From NCBI GenBank assembly GCA_041397385.1, contig JAWKWW010000009.1, forward strand, positions 52,016 through 116,015: a stretch of 64,000 nucleotides of DNA, read 5' to 3'. Positions within the stretch are counted from its first letter, which is position 1; each line of letters starts with the position of its first letter. The notes beneath the pieces were generated by a model. That model was not told where the DNA came from. It saw only the letters and a program-made list of their open reading frames with translations, and did no database searches. Shown piece after piece: positions 8,844-18,123 of this stretch. The translations under genes were made by a program, and so were the position numbers. The stretch is from Paracoccaceae bacterium. GTDB lineage: Bacteria > Pseudomonadota > Alphaproteobacteria > Rhodobacterales > Rhodobacteraceae.

Positions 8844-9782
8844 ATGGCACGAGCCCAAGGGGCGCGGGCGCAGATGGCGCTTGCGTTCGAGACCGTCTAT
8901 GGCACGCCGCCCGCAGGCGGCTTCACGAAGATGCCCTTCGCCAGCACTACGCTCGGCGCCGAGCAGCCGCTCTTGAACTCCGAGCTTCTCGGCTACGGCC
9001 GCGATCCGCTGGCGCCGATCAAGGATGCGGTGACGGCCGACGGCGATGTCGTCGTGCCGCTCGACGCCGAGGCCTTCGGCTTCTGGCTGAAGGCGGCCTT
9101 CGGCGCACCGACGACCACAGGCACCGGCCCCTGGACGCACGAATTCCAGTCGGGCGCCTGGACGCTGCCGAGCCTCTCAATCGAGACCGGCATGCCGGAG
9201 GTGCCGCGATACGCCATGTATTCCGGCTGCGTGCTCGACCAGATTACCTGGCAGATGCAGCGCTCGGGACTGCTGACCGCGACGGCCCGGCTGGTGGCGC
9301 AGGGCGAGACGGTCGGGACCACAACCAGCGCCGGAACGCCCGCCGCGCTGGAGCTGAAGCGCTTCGGCCATTTCAACGAGTCGATCACGCGGAACGGCTC
9401 GGCCCTCGGCAACGTCGTTTCGGCGGACATCACCTATGCCAACAACCTCGACCGGATCGAGACCATTCGGTCGGACGGTCGCATCGACGGCGCGGACCCG
9501 TCCATCGCGGCGCTCACTGGCTCCATCGAGGTCCGTTTCGCCGACAGCACGCTGGTGACGCAGGCGATCAATGGCGATCCCTGCGAGTTCGAATTCGGCT
9601 ACGTCCTGCCCTCGGGCGAGAGCTTCACCTTCACCGTGCATGCCGTCTATCTGCCGCGTCCCCGGATCGAGATTTCAGGGCCGCAGGGCGTACAGGCCAC
9701 CTTCGACTGGCAGGCCGCGCGCGACAGCGTCGTCGGCCGGATGTGCACCGCCACCCTCGTGAACGATGTGGAGACGTATTGA
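8844..9782 (+). CDS. Phage tail tube protein
   Basis: MARAQGARAQMALAFETVYG...GPQGVQATFDWQA; AGGAG RBS; position in the tail module. Confidence 0.85.
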   Translation: MARAQGARAQMALAFETVYGTPPAGGFTKMPFASTTLGAEQPLLNSELLGYGRDPLAPIKDAVTADGDVVVPLDAEAFGFWLKAAFGAPTTTGTGPWTHEFQSGAWTLPSLSIETGMPEVPRYAMYSGCVLDQITWQMQRSGLLTATARLVAQGETVGTTTSAGTPAALELKRFGHFNESITRNGSALGNVVSADITYANNLDRIETIRSDGRIDGADPSIAALTGSIEVRFADSTLVTQAINGDPCEFEFGYVLPSGESFTFTVHAVYLPRPRIEISGPQGVQATFDWQAARDSVVGRMCTATLVNDVETY

Positions 9783-10219
9783 TGCTGACGCTCGACCTGA
9801 CCAACGCCCCGCGCTGGCATGACATCGCGCACGGCGTGCGGGTTCAGCTGCGCCCGCTGACCACCGCGCTGATGGTGGCGACGCGCAGCGATCCCGCCGT
9901 CGAGGCGGTGCCCGAGGAGGCGTGCGACGAGGAACGCGCGGTCGCCTTCGCCAAGGCGCTCGCGCGTCGGGCGGTGCTTGCCTGGGAGGGCATCGGCGAC
10001 GCCGACGGCAATCCCATCGATCCCAGCCCCGAGGCCATCGACGCGCTGCTCGATATCTGGCCGATCTTCGAGGCCTTCCAGCTGACCTACGTCTCGAAGG
10101 GCCTGCTGCTGGAACAGGAAAAAAACGCCTCCGCGCTCTCGCCGAATGGTCCTTCGGCGGGGGAGAGCGCTACTGCGAAGCCTGCACGCAAGCCTGCCCG
10201 GACTGCCCGGCGCGGCTGA
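9782..10219 (+). CDS. Tail assembly chaperone (gpG-like)
   Basis: TGATG-coupled to the tube gene; carries the slippery site A AAA AAC at 10120-10126. Confidence 0.75.
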   Translation: MLTLDLTNAPRWHDIAHGVRVQLRPLTTALMVATRSDPAVEAVPEEACDEERAVAFAKALARRAVLAWEGIGDADGNPIDPSPEAIDALLDIWPIFEAFQLTYVSKGLLLEQEKNASALSPNGPSAGESATAKPARKPARTARRG

Positions 10220-10446
10220 ACCGTCCGCTGACCCATGAAGGCTGGCAGGTCTGGGACCTCGTCGGCCGACTCTGCGGTCAGCTGCGCGCGCTGCCCGGCG
10301 CGGTGGTCGGCTGGGATATGTCGGCGGCGCTGGCGCTCGGTGACGCGCTCGGCGTGCCGCCGCTCGCGATGGCGGAATTGTTGCCCGTCATCGAGGCAGC
10401 GATGGTCGCCAAGCTCAACGAACAGATGGTGCCCGAACGCTCTTGA
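10120..10446 (+). CDS. -1 frameshift extension of the tail chaperone (gpT-like)
   Basis: The -1 frame is open from the slippery site: KKRLRALAEWSFGGGERYCEAC...LLPVIEAAMV. Confidence 0.65.
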   Translation, partial: KKRLRALAEWSFGGGERYCEACTQACPDCPARLNRPLTHEGWQVWDLVGRLCGQLRALPGAVVGWDMSAALALGDALGVPPLAMAELLPVIEAAMVAKLNEQMVPERS

Positions 10447-10459
10447 ACGAAGGGAGTCT

Positions 10460-10490
10460 GGCCTGCGCGCCACTTCGGAACGCGCAGGCC
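10460..10490. terminator. Hairpin between convergent genes
   Basis: GGCCTGCGCG-N11-CGCGCAGGCC, perfect 10-bp stem. Confidence 0.6.
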
Positions 10491-10500
10491 TTGAAGTCTT

Positions 10501-11034
10501 TCAGGCCTCCACCCGAAACTCCTGAAAGATGAGGCCTGCGCCATAGTCGTTCTGGGCCTCGAGCTTCAGAATCAGCCTTCTCTTAAGCGGACCGAAAAGC
10601 GGCGTTCCCTCTCCAAGAATGATGGGAGCCCGCTTGAGCCTCAGTATCTGTATCTGCCCGAGGTCAGCAATTGCAGATGCAAGCACACCTCCGCCGCAAA
10701 GATAGACAGGCGTATCGGCGCTCTTGCGAAGTGCATCGATCCAGCCGGCGTCTATCGTTCGCTGAACCGCAACTTCTGCACCGGCGGGAAGGTTCAGCGT
10801 GCTCGACACGACGACCGAGCGCGCTTGAGGATAGGGGTTGGCGCCGGGCGGAAGACCGAAGCGATATCCGAACTCGTAGGTCGAACGGCCCATTAGAACG
10901 GTTCCGTATCCGGACAAACGCTCCCTGTAGTCGTCGACGATCCTGCCGGCGTGTGGAAAGGAAGAAACGTCAGAACCGGCTCCTGCAATGAAGCCGTCGG
11001 CGGAAACCGCCACATCGTAAATAATCGGTTGCAT
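10501..11034 (-). CDS. Dihydrofolate reductase / RibD C-terminal family protein (moron)
   Basis: AVSADGFIA, LMGRSTY, YLCGGG, PIILGEG. Confidence 0.85.
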   Translation of the reverse strand: MQPIIYDVAVSADGFIAGAGSDVSSFPHAGRIVDDYRERLSGYGTVLMGRSTYEFGYRFGLPPGANPYPQARSVVVSSTLNLPAGAEVAVQRTIDAGWIDALRKSADTPVYLCGGGVLASAIADLGQIQILRLKRAPIILGEGTPLFGPLKRRLILKLEAQNDYGAGLIFQEFRVEA

Positions 11035-11219
11035 TAGTGCTCCGAGGATAGAAAGCCAAGTGCCCGAGTTGGGCGGTGTTTCAGGTCAGGCTTTCTTGAT
11101 CATCGGCAGAGCACTCCTCAGTTCGTGTGGCACCGTAGCAGCCTAGACCTTTCGTCACAAGCTGTCGTGCCGATCTAAGGCAAAGCAGCGTCGTCATCTC
11201 ATAAGGCTGAAAGAACCCC

Positions 11220-11675
11220 ATGGCTGAAAAACGCGTCAGCGTCCGCCTTGCGGCGGTCGGTGGTCGGCAGGTACGCGCCGAACTGGAAGGCGTCGGCGAA
11301 GCCGGTGCCCGAGGCTTCGGACGGCTCAGCCGCGAGATGGAAGCGGCGAACACCCGGCTCGCGGCCTATTCCCGCCGGGTGCGTGTGGCCGCCGCAGCCG
11401 CCGTGGCAGCGGCCGCCGCCGCTGGCGTGGCGATGATCCGCTCGGGCCTCCAGACCGTGGATGCGCAGGCGAAACTCGCGCAGTCGCTCGGCACCACCGT
11501 CGCCTCGATCCAGACGTTGGAGCGCGCGGGCGAGTTGGCGGGCGTTTCGATGTCCGGCATCGAGCAGGCCACGAAGGATCTGACGCGTCGCCTCAGCCAG
11601 GCGGCCGCCGGGAGCGGTCCCGCGGCCGACGCGCTCGACCGGCTGGGTCTTTCGGCCAACGACCTGATCGCGCTG
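11220..11675 (+). pseudogene. Phage tape measure protein, truncated by IS3
   Basis: MAEKRVSVRLAAVGG...QAKLAQSLGTT; Ala-rich; runs into the IS terminal repeat at 11676. Confidence 0.85.
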
Positions 11676-11759
11676 TGTCCCCCGTCAGTACCCCTGGGAC
11701 ATTTGACTTGATTTCGTAACGGAGGGTTTCAGGCTCATCGTAACCACCAAGGAGTGGAG

Positions 11760-12134
11760 ATGAGACAGAAACCCGGAACAGTAAAGCCGACGGCGGAGTC
11801 TGTTGTGAAGGACATCCGCCGGCGCACGCGTAAGCACCATTCGGCCGAAGAAAAGATCAGGATCGTGCTTGAAGGGCTGCGCGGCGAGGACAGCATCGCT
11901 GAGCTCTGCCGGCGCGAGGGGATCGCAACGAGCCTCTATTACAGCTGGTCGAAGGAGTTCCTGGAAGCCGGCAAGAAGCGGCTTGCGGGCGATACCGCGC
12001 GGCAGGCCACCAGCCCCGAGGTCAAGGATCTGCGGCAGGAGGCCGCCGCTTTGAAGGAGGCGGTGGCCGACCTCACCCTGGAGAACCGCTTGCTCAAAAA
12101 AAGCATGCTCGGGGATGGGGGAGACGAGCAATGA
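11760..12134 (+). CDS. IS3 transposase OrfA
   Basis: SAEEKIRIVLEGLRGEDSIAELCRREGI HTH; A-run CTCAAAAAAAGC near 12093-12104. Confidence 0.88.
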   Translation: MRQKPGTVKPTAESVVKDIRRRTRKHHSAEEKIRIVLEGLRGEDSIAELCRREGIATSLYYSWSKEFLEAGKKRLAGDTARQATSPEVKDLRQEAAALKEAVADLTLENRLLKKSMLGDGGDEQ

Positions 12135-13149
12135 GGTATCCCGCATCGGAAAAACTCGAGATCATCCGACTGGTGGAGGGGTCGCATCTGCCAGCAAAGC
12201 GGGTCCTCGACATGATCGGCGTGCCGCGCACGACCTTCTATCGCTGGTATGATCGCTATCTGTCGCTCGGCGCCTCCGGGCTCGAGCATCGGCCCTCGCA
12301 CCCGGGCCGCGTCTGGAACCGGATCCCCGACAAGTTGCGCAAGCAGATCGTCGATCTTGCTCTCGAACAGCCCGAGTTGTCGCCACGGGAACTTGCCGTC
12401 CGGTTCACCGATACCCGACGCTACTTCGTGTCGGAAGCCAGCGTTTACAGGGTTCTGAAGGCTCAGGATCTGATCACCAGCCCGGCCTTCATCGTCATCA
12501 AGGCGGCGGATGAGTTCCATGAAAAGACCATTCGACCGAACCAACTCTGGCAGACCGACTTCACCTATCTTAAGGTCATCGGCTGGGGCTGGTTCTATCT
12601 CTCGACCATCCTCGACGACTACAGCCGCTACGTCATCGCCTGGCGGCTCTGCTCGACGATGAAGGCGTCGGAGGTGACCGCCACACTGGAAGATGCCCTG
12701 GTCGCCTCGGGCTGCGACCGAGCCACCGTCGTCCATCGGCCCAGACTGCTCAGCGAGTTGCCAATGGATGCGCCACCGGTTCGAGCACCATTGGCGACGG
12801 CAGCAGCTACATCTCCGGGGAACTGGCCGACTGGCTTGCCGGCGAGGGCATCGATCACGTCCGTGGCGCTCCCCGGCATCCCCAGACCCAGGGCAAGATC
12901 GAACGCCGGCACCAGACCCTCAAGAACCGCATCCTGCTCGAGAACTATTACCTGCCCGGGGCACTTGAGGAAGCCGTGGGGACCTTCATCGAGCACTACA
13001 ATCACCACCGCTATCACGAGAGCCTGGGCAACATCACCCCCGCCGACGTCTACCTCGGCAGGGCCGAAACCATCCTCGAACGACGAAAGGAGATCAAAGC
13101 CAAGACCTTCAAGAAACGCCGCTTGCTGCATCGACAGACCGCGGCATAA
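12131..13149 (+). pseudogene. IS3 transposase OrfB (rve), frameshifted by a 42-bp palindromic insert
   Basis: WQTDFTY, ILDDYSR, RLLS[insert]GSSY...QTQGKIER. Confidence 0.85.
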
Positions 13150-13222
13150 ACTGAAACCTCAACGAGCCAGACCCTCCGTTTGAGATCAACCGCTCGTGTT
13201 CCAAATCATCTGACGACGGACA

Positions 13223-13515
13223 GGACGCAATACGCCATCGGAGATCGACTGCGCGAAGAACGGAACTGGAACCGTCTGCGGGAGCGCGTGAACGTTCACG
13301 TTCCCAAGCAACTGGCGCAGGACCTGTGTCGATCGCAGGCCGCCCGAGACGCCACCATAGCTGAGCACGCCTGCCGGCTTGTAACCCCATTCGAGCAGAA
13401 CCGTCTGGATGGCGTTCACCAGCGAGGCGGGAGCAAAGTAATCGTACTCCGGCGTCACGAACAGATAGGCGTCGGCCGAGGAGACGCTCTTGCTCCAGCG
13501 TATCGTCGCCTCGTG
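13223..13515 (-). pseudogene. NADPH-dependent FMN reductase, internal fragment
   Basis: RWSKSVSSADAYLFVTPEYDY...SYGGVSGGLR; both ends missing. Confidence 0.75.
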
Positions 13516-13590
13516 TCCTCGCCGGGATCCGGATCGGCGACGTGGCTTGCGAGTTCGCGAGCCAAGCGTGCGATGGCCGGCGCGTCGGCT

Positions 13591-14536
13591 TCATTGCCGG
13601 TACGGATCAGCATCTCGCCACGTCCCGGTTTGTTCGAGTCCCGACCACGTCAAGACCAAGTGACCAGTATTCGAGAGGGCATGGTCTACCTGCCAGATTT
13701 CGTCAGGCCAGACGTCGACGATGCGCTCTGCTCCTGCGAACGCAACTCCAGTCGATCTTCGCCCGTCCGGTCAGGGCTAGCGCTCTGCCCGTGGCGAAGT
13801 CGGGAACCAAAAGGCCCACACGCCCGTCGGCTTCGATATTGCCCAGTGTGTTGAAATACCGGTTCCCGGCAAAATCGGGAAGGGAGAGCTTGCCGCCCGC
13901 ATCGATGCCGAGAAAGCCCGGACGTCCGCCGCGATGCGAGACGTCCAGCCCGCTGCTCGTACCATCCGCTGGATCGGCCCCACGCGAGGCGATGAAGAAC
14001 GTATCCGCGCCACCAACAGTGCGGCGAGCGGCCGGGCTGTTCAACTGGATTTGCCGGAGCACTGGTTGTTGCCGCACGCTACCCGGCTGCTCGAAGGCGC
14101 GGATCTGTATGTATTTCGGGCAGTTGCCAAAGGACTGGTCGACAGCGATCGTCAGGTTCTCGTCTCCAGATGCGATGCGGCCGTTCAACCGGTTGCGACG
14201 GCGTGTCGCGAAATCGATACCGAGCATCCCGACCCGTGCCCTGACCGCGATGTCGAGCGACAGCGCCCCGGCGAGCGCCGGCGTGCCCTGCAGCACGAGC
14301 TGACGCGGGGACGTCGCCTTCAAGAACCCGGGCGCGCCCTGCATGGGGATCGCCCAGGGCCGCCCACGTCGGTCGAGAAGTGCAAGAAAGACCAACGGCA
14401 GAGCCTCGAAGAAGGCCTGATGCTGGTCGGGCATCGCACCTCTGATCACCTTCGCCGCCATTTCGCGCGCACGAAGCGGAACGCCGGCGCGGTCCTGCAC
14501 CGAAGTTTCGCCGGAATGGAACACGGGAATACTCAT
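13591..14536 (-). CDS. Pyridoxamine 5'-phosphate oxidase-like FMN-binding protein (frameshift near 13745)
   Basis: FHSGE, RRRNRLNG, FGNCPKYIQ, DVSHRGGRPGF, DFAGNRYFNTLGN. Confidence 0.8.
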
Positions 14537-14585
14537 GTGAATCGGTGCATTCCGGCCCGGCTTCAGCGCAACCGGGCCGGTCGCA

Positions 14586-15128
14586 TCACGCGGCGCGGGC
14601 GCTGCGGGCCGGGAAGTCGATGTCGGTTCCGGCGACGTGGTTGATGTAGTTGGTGAAGATGTTCGCCACGACGTTCGCAACGGTCTCGACAATATCCGCC
14701 TCCGACAGCCCCGACGCCTTTGCGGCGGCAAGATCCGCATCCGCCACCATGCCCTTCGCCGCCACGACCGAGGTCGCGAGCGCGAGAATGGCGCCGGTGC
14801 GCGGATCGTCGGATCGGCCCTCGAGGTGGGCGTCGATCGCGGCGGGGGGAACTTTCAGCCCGGCAGAGATTGCCGCATGGGCCGAGGCGCAGTAGTCACA
14901 GGCATTGGCGCCTGCAACGGCGAGCGCGATCGCTTCGCGGGTGCGGGCGTCAAAGTAGCCGCGCGCCAGCGACTCGTTCAGGCCGAGCATGCCGGCCAGC
15001 ACCGCCGGTTGGTTGGCGGCGACGCGGTAAAGGTTCGGCACCATGCCGATCTTGCCCTTGATCGCGGTGAAGAGCGCGGCGGCCTCGGGGCTTGCGGCGG
15101 TGTCGGAGACTTGGGTGATACGTGCCAT
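14586..15128 (-). CDS. AhpD / carboxymuconolactone decarboxylase family peroxidase
   Basis: GMVPNLYR, EAIALAV..ANACDYCASAH CxxC motif. Confidence 0.9.
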   Translation of the reverse strand: MARITQVSDTAASPEAAALFTAIKGKIGMVPNLYRVAANQPAVLAGMLGLNESLARGYFDARTREAIALAVAGANACDYCASAHAAISAGLKVPPAAIDAHLEGRSDDPRTGAILALATSVVAAKGMVADADLAAAKASGLSEADIVETVANVVANIFTNYINHVAGTDIDFPARSARAA

Positions 15129-15158
15129 TTGGATGTGTCCTTTCTAGGCGGATGGAAA

Positions 15159-15521
15159 TCAGGCCGAGACAATGTCGGTTTCGGGTTTGGAGAGACTGAT
15201 CACGGCCACGACGGCGGCACCGTTCAGCCAGTAGTAGGCGGCGTCGAGCCCGGCGAAGCCGAGGGCGAAGGGCAGGATCAGGAAGAGCACGCCGACGGCA
15301 AGGTCGACGGCGAGGTGCAGCTTGTAGGGCAGCACCCGGATCAGGCCGGTCTGGTGATCGGTAAAGACGGTCAGCAGCAGGGCCGCTACGCCGATGATCG
15401 GCGAAATGGTCAGCGCGAGGGCGTTGGACTCACCCAGACCGAGGAGAAACGGCAGAGTGATGAGCGCGAAGGCGACGGGATAGTCGAGCCAGGAATGGAT
15501 CTGTTTTGTGACGAGGCGCAT
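15159..15521 (-). CDS. Small membrane protein (SPW-repeat-like)
   Basis: IHSWLDY, HLAVD, four hydrophobic segments. Confidence 0.7.
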   Translation of the reverse strand: MRLVTKQIHSWLDYPVAFALITLPFLLGLGESNALALTISPIIGVAALLLTVFTDHQTGLIRVLPYKLHLAVDLAVGVLFLILPFALGFAGLDAAYYWLNGAAVVAVISLSKPETDIVSA

Positions 15522-15594
15522 GGCATCGGTCCTTTCGACGGGTTTCAGGGGACGACGGAGAGCCGCCGCTAGCCATATCTAGCCACGCATTTCG

Positions 15595-15638
15595 GGACGA
15601 TGAATTTCAGAAAGTCCGAACTATTACGCAGATCGTCC
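15595..15638 (-). promoter_or_regulatory. Putative AraC operator, copy 1
   Basis: Minus strand GGACGATCTGCGTAATAGTTCGGACTTTCTGAAATTCATCGTCC; aligns without gaps to copies 2 and 3. Confidence 0.6.
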
Positions 15639-15657
15639 GGATTACCTGGACGATCTG

Positions 15658-16614
15658 TCAGGCCGCGGTATGCCGCGCCTCTCCAGTTTGGCGGAAAGCA
15701 GCAGGCGACAGGCCGATTTCCTTCTTGAACACCCGGCTGAAGGCCGATTCCGAGGCGTAGCCCGAAACCTCCGCGGCCTCGGCAACGCTGAGCCCACGCG
15801 TGACGAGCGCCTCCCGCGCGATCTGCATCCGCCAGGAAGTGACATAGGACATCGGCGTCACGCCAAGTCTCTGCGTGAAGCGTTCCGCGAAACCGGTGCG
15901 CGACAGGCCCGCTTCGCGCGCGAGGGATGCCACCGACCAGTCTCCGGCGGGGGAGCGGTGGAAGGACGTGAGTGCGCGTGCAAGCTGCGGGTCGGCGAAA
16001 CCCGCCACGCTCCCGTTCCCCTCTGCAGTCTGTTCTATATGAGCGCGGATCGCCTGGGCAAAGATCGCCTCGGACAGTTTAAGCGCGATCAGGTCGCCAC
16101 CAAGCCGCGCACCGCCCGCTTCGGCGCCGATGACCTTCAGCGTCGCTTCGAGCCACGGCCCTGCCTCGTCGCCGTAGCCGCGAAGGTGGATGAAAGGCGG
16201 GAGCCGGTCGAAGAGCAGGTGGCGCGAGCCTTCGGCCAGCGCAAAATGGCCGCAGATAAGCTGGGTGTCGCGCGTCGTCTCGTCGCCGCCCCAGACGAGC
16301 GTGCCGTGACCCGGGAACCCCGAGCGCGACAGGACATCGTCAAGCGGCAGCGCCTCGTCGGGGCCCGTATGGCGGCACGAGAGCACATGGGCTGTGCCAT
16401 GCGGGATGATAATCAGATCACCCTGCGCCAGATGCACGGGTTGTGTGCGGTCGCCGACTCGCACCAACGCCTCACCCCGGTGCGCGAAGTGGAAGCGCGC
16501 CACATCGCGGAAGGCAGGGACGTGCACGCCCCAGGGCTCGGTAAAGCTCGTGCGGAAGTAGAGCGAGCCACGAAGCGAGAGGCGGGTGAGGATGTCACTG
16601 AGCAGGTCCAACAT
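15658..16614 (-). CDS. AraC-family regulator with cupin domain (RclR-like)
   Basis: MLDLLSDIL, LICGHF, WSVASLAREAGLSRTGF, GYASESAFSRVFKK. Confidence 0.92.
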   Translation of the reverse strand: MLDLLSDILTRLSLRGSLYFRTSFTEPWGVHVPAFRDVARFHFAHRGEALVRVGDRTQPVHLAQGDLIIIPHGTAHVLSCRHTGPDEALPLDDVLSRSGFPGHGTLVWGGDETTRDTQLICGHFALAEGSRHLLFDRLPPFIHLRGYGDEAGPWLEATLKVIGAEAGGARLGGDLIALKLSEAIFAQAIRAHIEQTAEGNGSVAGFADPQLARALTSFHRSPAGDWSVASLAREAGLSRTGFAERFTQRLGVTPMSYVTSWRMQIAREALVTRGLSVAEAAEVSGYASESAFSRVFKKEIGLSPAAFRQTGEARHTAA

Positions 16615-16656
16615 GGCGAAACGATGTGACGGGAATCATCGTCTGTCCAGAGGGCT

Positions 16657-16700
16657 GGACGAATGCGCAGGCATTCCGAACTGCCGGGCATTCGTCGTCC
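16657..16700 (+). promoter_or_regulatory. Putative AraC operator, copy 2
   Basis: GGACGAATGCGCAGGCATTCCGAACTGCCGGGCATTCGTCGTCC, same GGACGA-N32-TCGTCC frame as copy 1. Confidence 0.55.
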
Positions 16701-16748
16701 GTATCCCGCGGGTGTATCCGATCTGGGTTCTCAGAAAAGGAGGCTTCC

Positions 16749-17348
16749 ATGAACTCGATGAACCGTTCCGTCGCCGCTGTGGCAGCGACAATCGCGCTCG
16801 CCATCGGCGGGTTTGGCGCCCATCAGGTGGTGCGCGCACAGTCGGCGATGGCCGGCGGCGCGGTGATCGGCGAAGGCAATGTCACCTCGATTCCCGAAGG
16901 TTTTCGCCACTGGACCTTCCTCGGCGCGCCCCTTACGCCGAACGGGCTCAATGGCGGCGCCGCAGGTTTCCCCGAATTCCACCATGTCTACATCCACCCG
17001 GATGCGCTGGCCGAGTTCGAAAGGACGGGTGTGTTCCCTGAAGGAACCACGATCGTGAAGGAACTCGTGCTGATGCACGAAGGCGACTACGAGGACGGAT
17101 CGCGCGACGAACCTTCGGGCCGCGGCTTCTTCGCCAAGAGCTTCAACGGTATCGACATGATGGTGAAGGACAGCGACCGTTTTGCCGACACCAACGGCTG
17201 GGGCTTCTTCAACTTCGGCCATCACGAGCCGCCCTATGCCGAGACGTCGACGGCCGCATCGGCAGCAGAATGCGCCTCGTGCCATGCTGACAACGCCACG
17301 ACCGAGATGGTGTTCGGCAAGTTCTATCCGATCCTCGGGCAGAACTGA
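16749..17348 (+). CDS. Cytochrome P460 family protein, exported
   Basis: Signal peptide; FPEGTTIVKEL; MVKDSDRF..TNGWGFFNF; C-terminal CASCH heme motif; FYPIL. Confidence 0.88.
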   Translation: MNSMNRSVAAVAATIALAIGGFGAHQVVRAQSAMAGGAVIGEGNVTSIPEGFRHWTFLGAPLTPNGLNGGAAGFPEFHHVYIHPDALAEFERTGVFPEGTTIVKELVLMHEGDYEDGSRDEPSGRGFFAKSFNGIDMMVKDSDRFADTNGWGFFNFGHHEPPYAETSTAASAAECASCHADNATTEMVFGKFYPILGQN

Positions 17349-17455
17349 GGGCGGGGGCGATGGTGCTGTCCAACGAGAACGTCGTGTTTTCGCGTCGGCT
17401 TGCGGCGAAACAAAATGCTTCCGTTGCCATTTCCATCTCTGCCGTCCGTCAGTTC

Positions 17456-17493
17456 GGACGATCAGACACAAGCTTCGGACGCTCTGGAATTCA
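17456..17493 (+). promoter_or_regulatory. Putative AraC operator, copy 3
   Basis: GGACGATCAGACACAAGCTTCGGACGCTCTGGAATTCA; matches copy 1 at TTCGGAC..TCTG.AATTCA. Confidence 0.6.
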
Positions 17494-17578
17494 CGCAAGC
17501 CGCGATCTGCCCCAAGTTGCCGCTACGCCCGACAGGCCAAGCCGCCCGGGTGTCATCCCTCAACCGAAAGGAAATCCC

Positions 17579-18061
17579 ATGTCTCGCAAACTCACTCTCG
17601 CCGCCGCGACGCTCGCGGCTCTTTGCGCCTTTGGTCCGGCCATGGCGGCCGATGAAGTCAACGTCGTCCCCGGCCTGACTGCCGCCGGTGCGCCGCTCGG
17701 CCTGCACGGTGCCGATCCGGTCGCGCTCCTCGATCAGGGCACGAATGTAGAGGGCGTCGCCGCCCAGACCGCGATCCATGACGGCGTCGCCTACTACTTC
17801 TCCTCCGAGGCGAACCGGATGACCTTCGAGGCCAACCCGGCGCGCTACGTCGTCCAGAACGGCGGCTTCTGCACCTTCGGTGTCTCGGTCAACAAGAAGT
17901 TCGACGGCGACCCGAACTTCGCGGCTGTGGTCGACGACAAGCTCTATGTCTTCCTCAGCGAAGAGATCTACCAGGCCTTCCTGAAGGACAAGGACGGCAC
18001 GATCGCGAAGGCCGCCGAGAACTGGAAGTCGATCCAGCACACCGCCGCCGCGGATCTCTGA
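17579..18061 (+). CDS. YHS-domain exported protein
   Basis: Signal peptide; GADPV, YYFSSEANR.FEANP..Y, GGFCTFG, KLYVF. Confidence 0.85.
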   Translation: MSRKLTLAAATLAALCAFGPAMAADEVNVVPGLTAAGAPLGLHGADPVALLDQGTNVEGVAAQTAIHDGVAYYFSSEANRMTFEANPARYVVQNGGFCTFGVSVNKKFDGDPNFAAVVDDKLYVFLSEEIYQAFLKDKDGTIAKAAENWKSIQHTAAADL

Positions 18062-18075
18062 TCCTTGGGCAGCGT

Positions 18076-18110
18076 TCCGGGCCGGCCAGTCCCCGCCGGC
18101 CCGGACTTTT
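18076..18110 (+). terminator. Rho-independent terminator-like hairpin
   Basis: TCCGGGCCGGC...GCCGGCCCGGA followed by CTTTT. Confidence 0.55.
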
Positions 18111-18123
18111 CTTGGAGAAGCAC

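Larger units (their letters stand above)
11676..13222 (+). mobile_element. IS3-family insertion sequence, transposase disrupted
   Basis: Ends TGTCCCCCGTCAG and CTGACGACGGACA; orfA/orfB organisation; no target duplication. Confidence 0.9.

Noticed and set aside
8399-10219. 606-aa ORF in the track
   Set aside because: Artificial fusion: a 1-nt frameshift lets the tail completion gene read through a shadow frame into the chaperone gene.
8399-11675. Gene transfer agent or tailocin
   Set aside because: Tape measure gene is truncated; no baseplate, head or lysis genes; morons and an IS interrupt the module.
14637-16629. Long antisense ORFs (14637-15572, 15670-16629 and similar elsewhere)
   Set aside because: Shadow frames of well-supported genes in GC-rich DNA.
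17579-18061. Selenoprotein reading of the YHS gene
   Set aside because: The GGFC position is a Cys codon (TGC) and there is no in-frame TGA.
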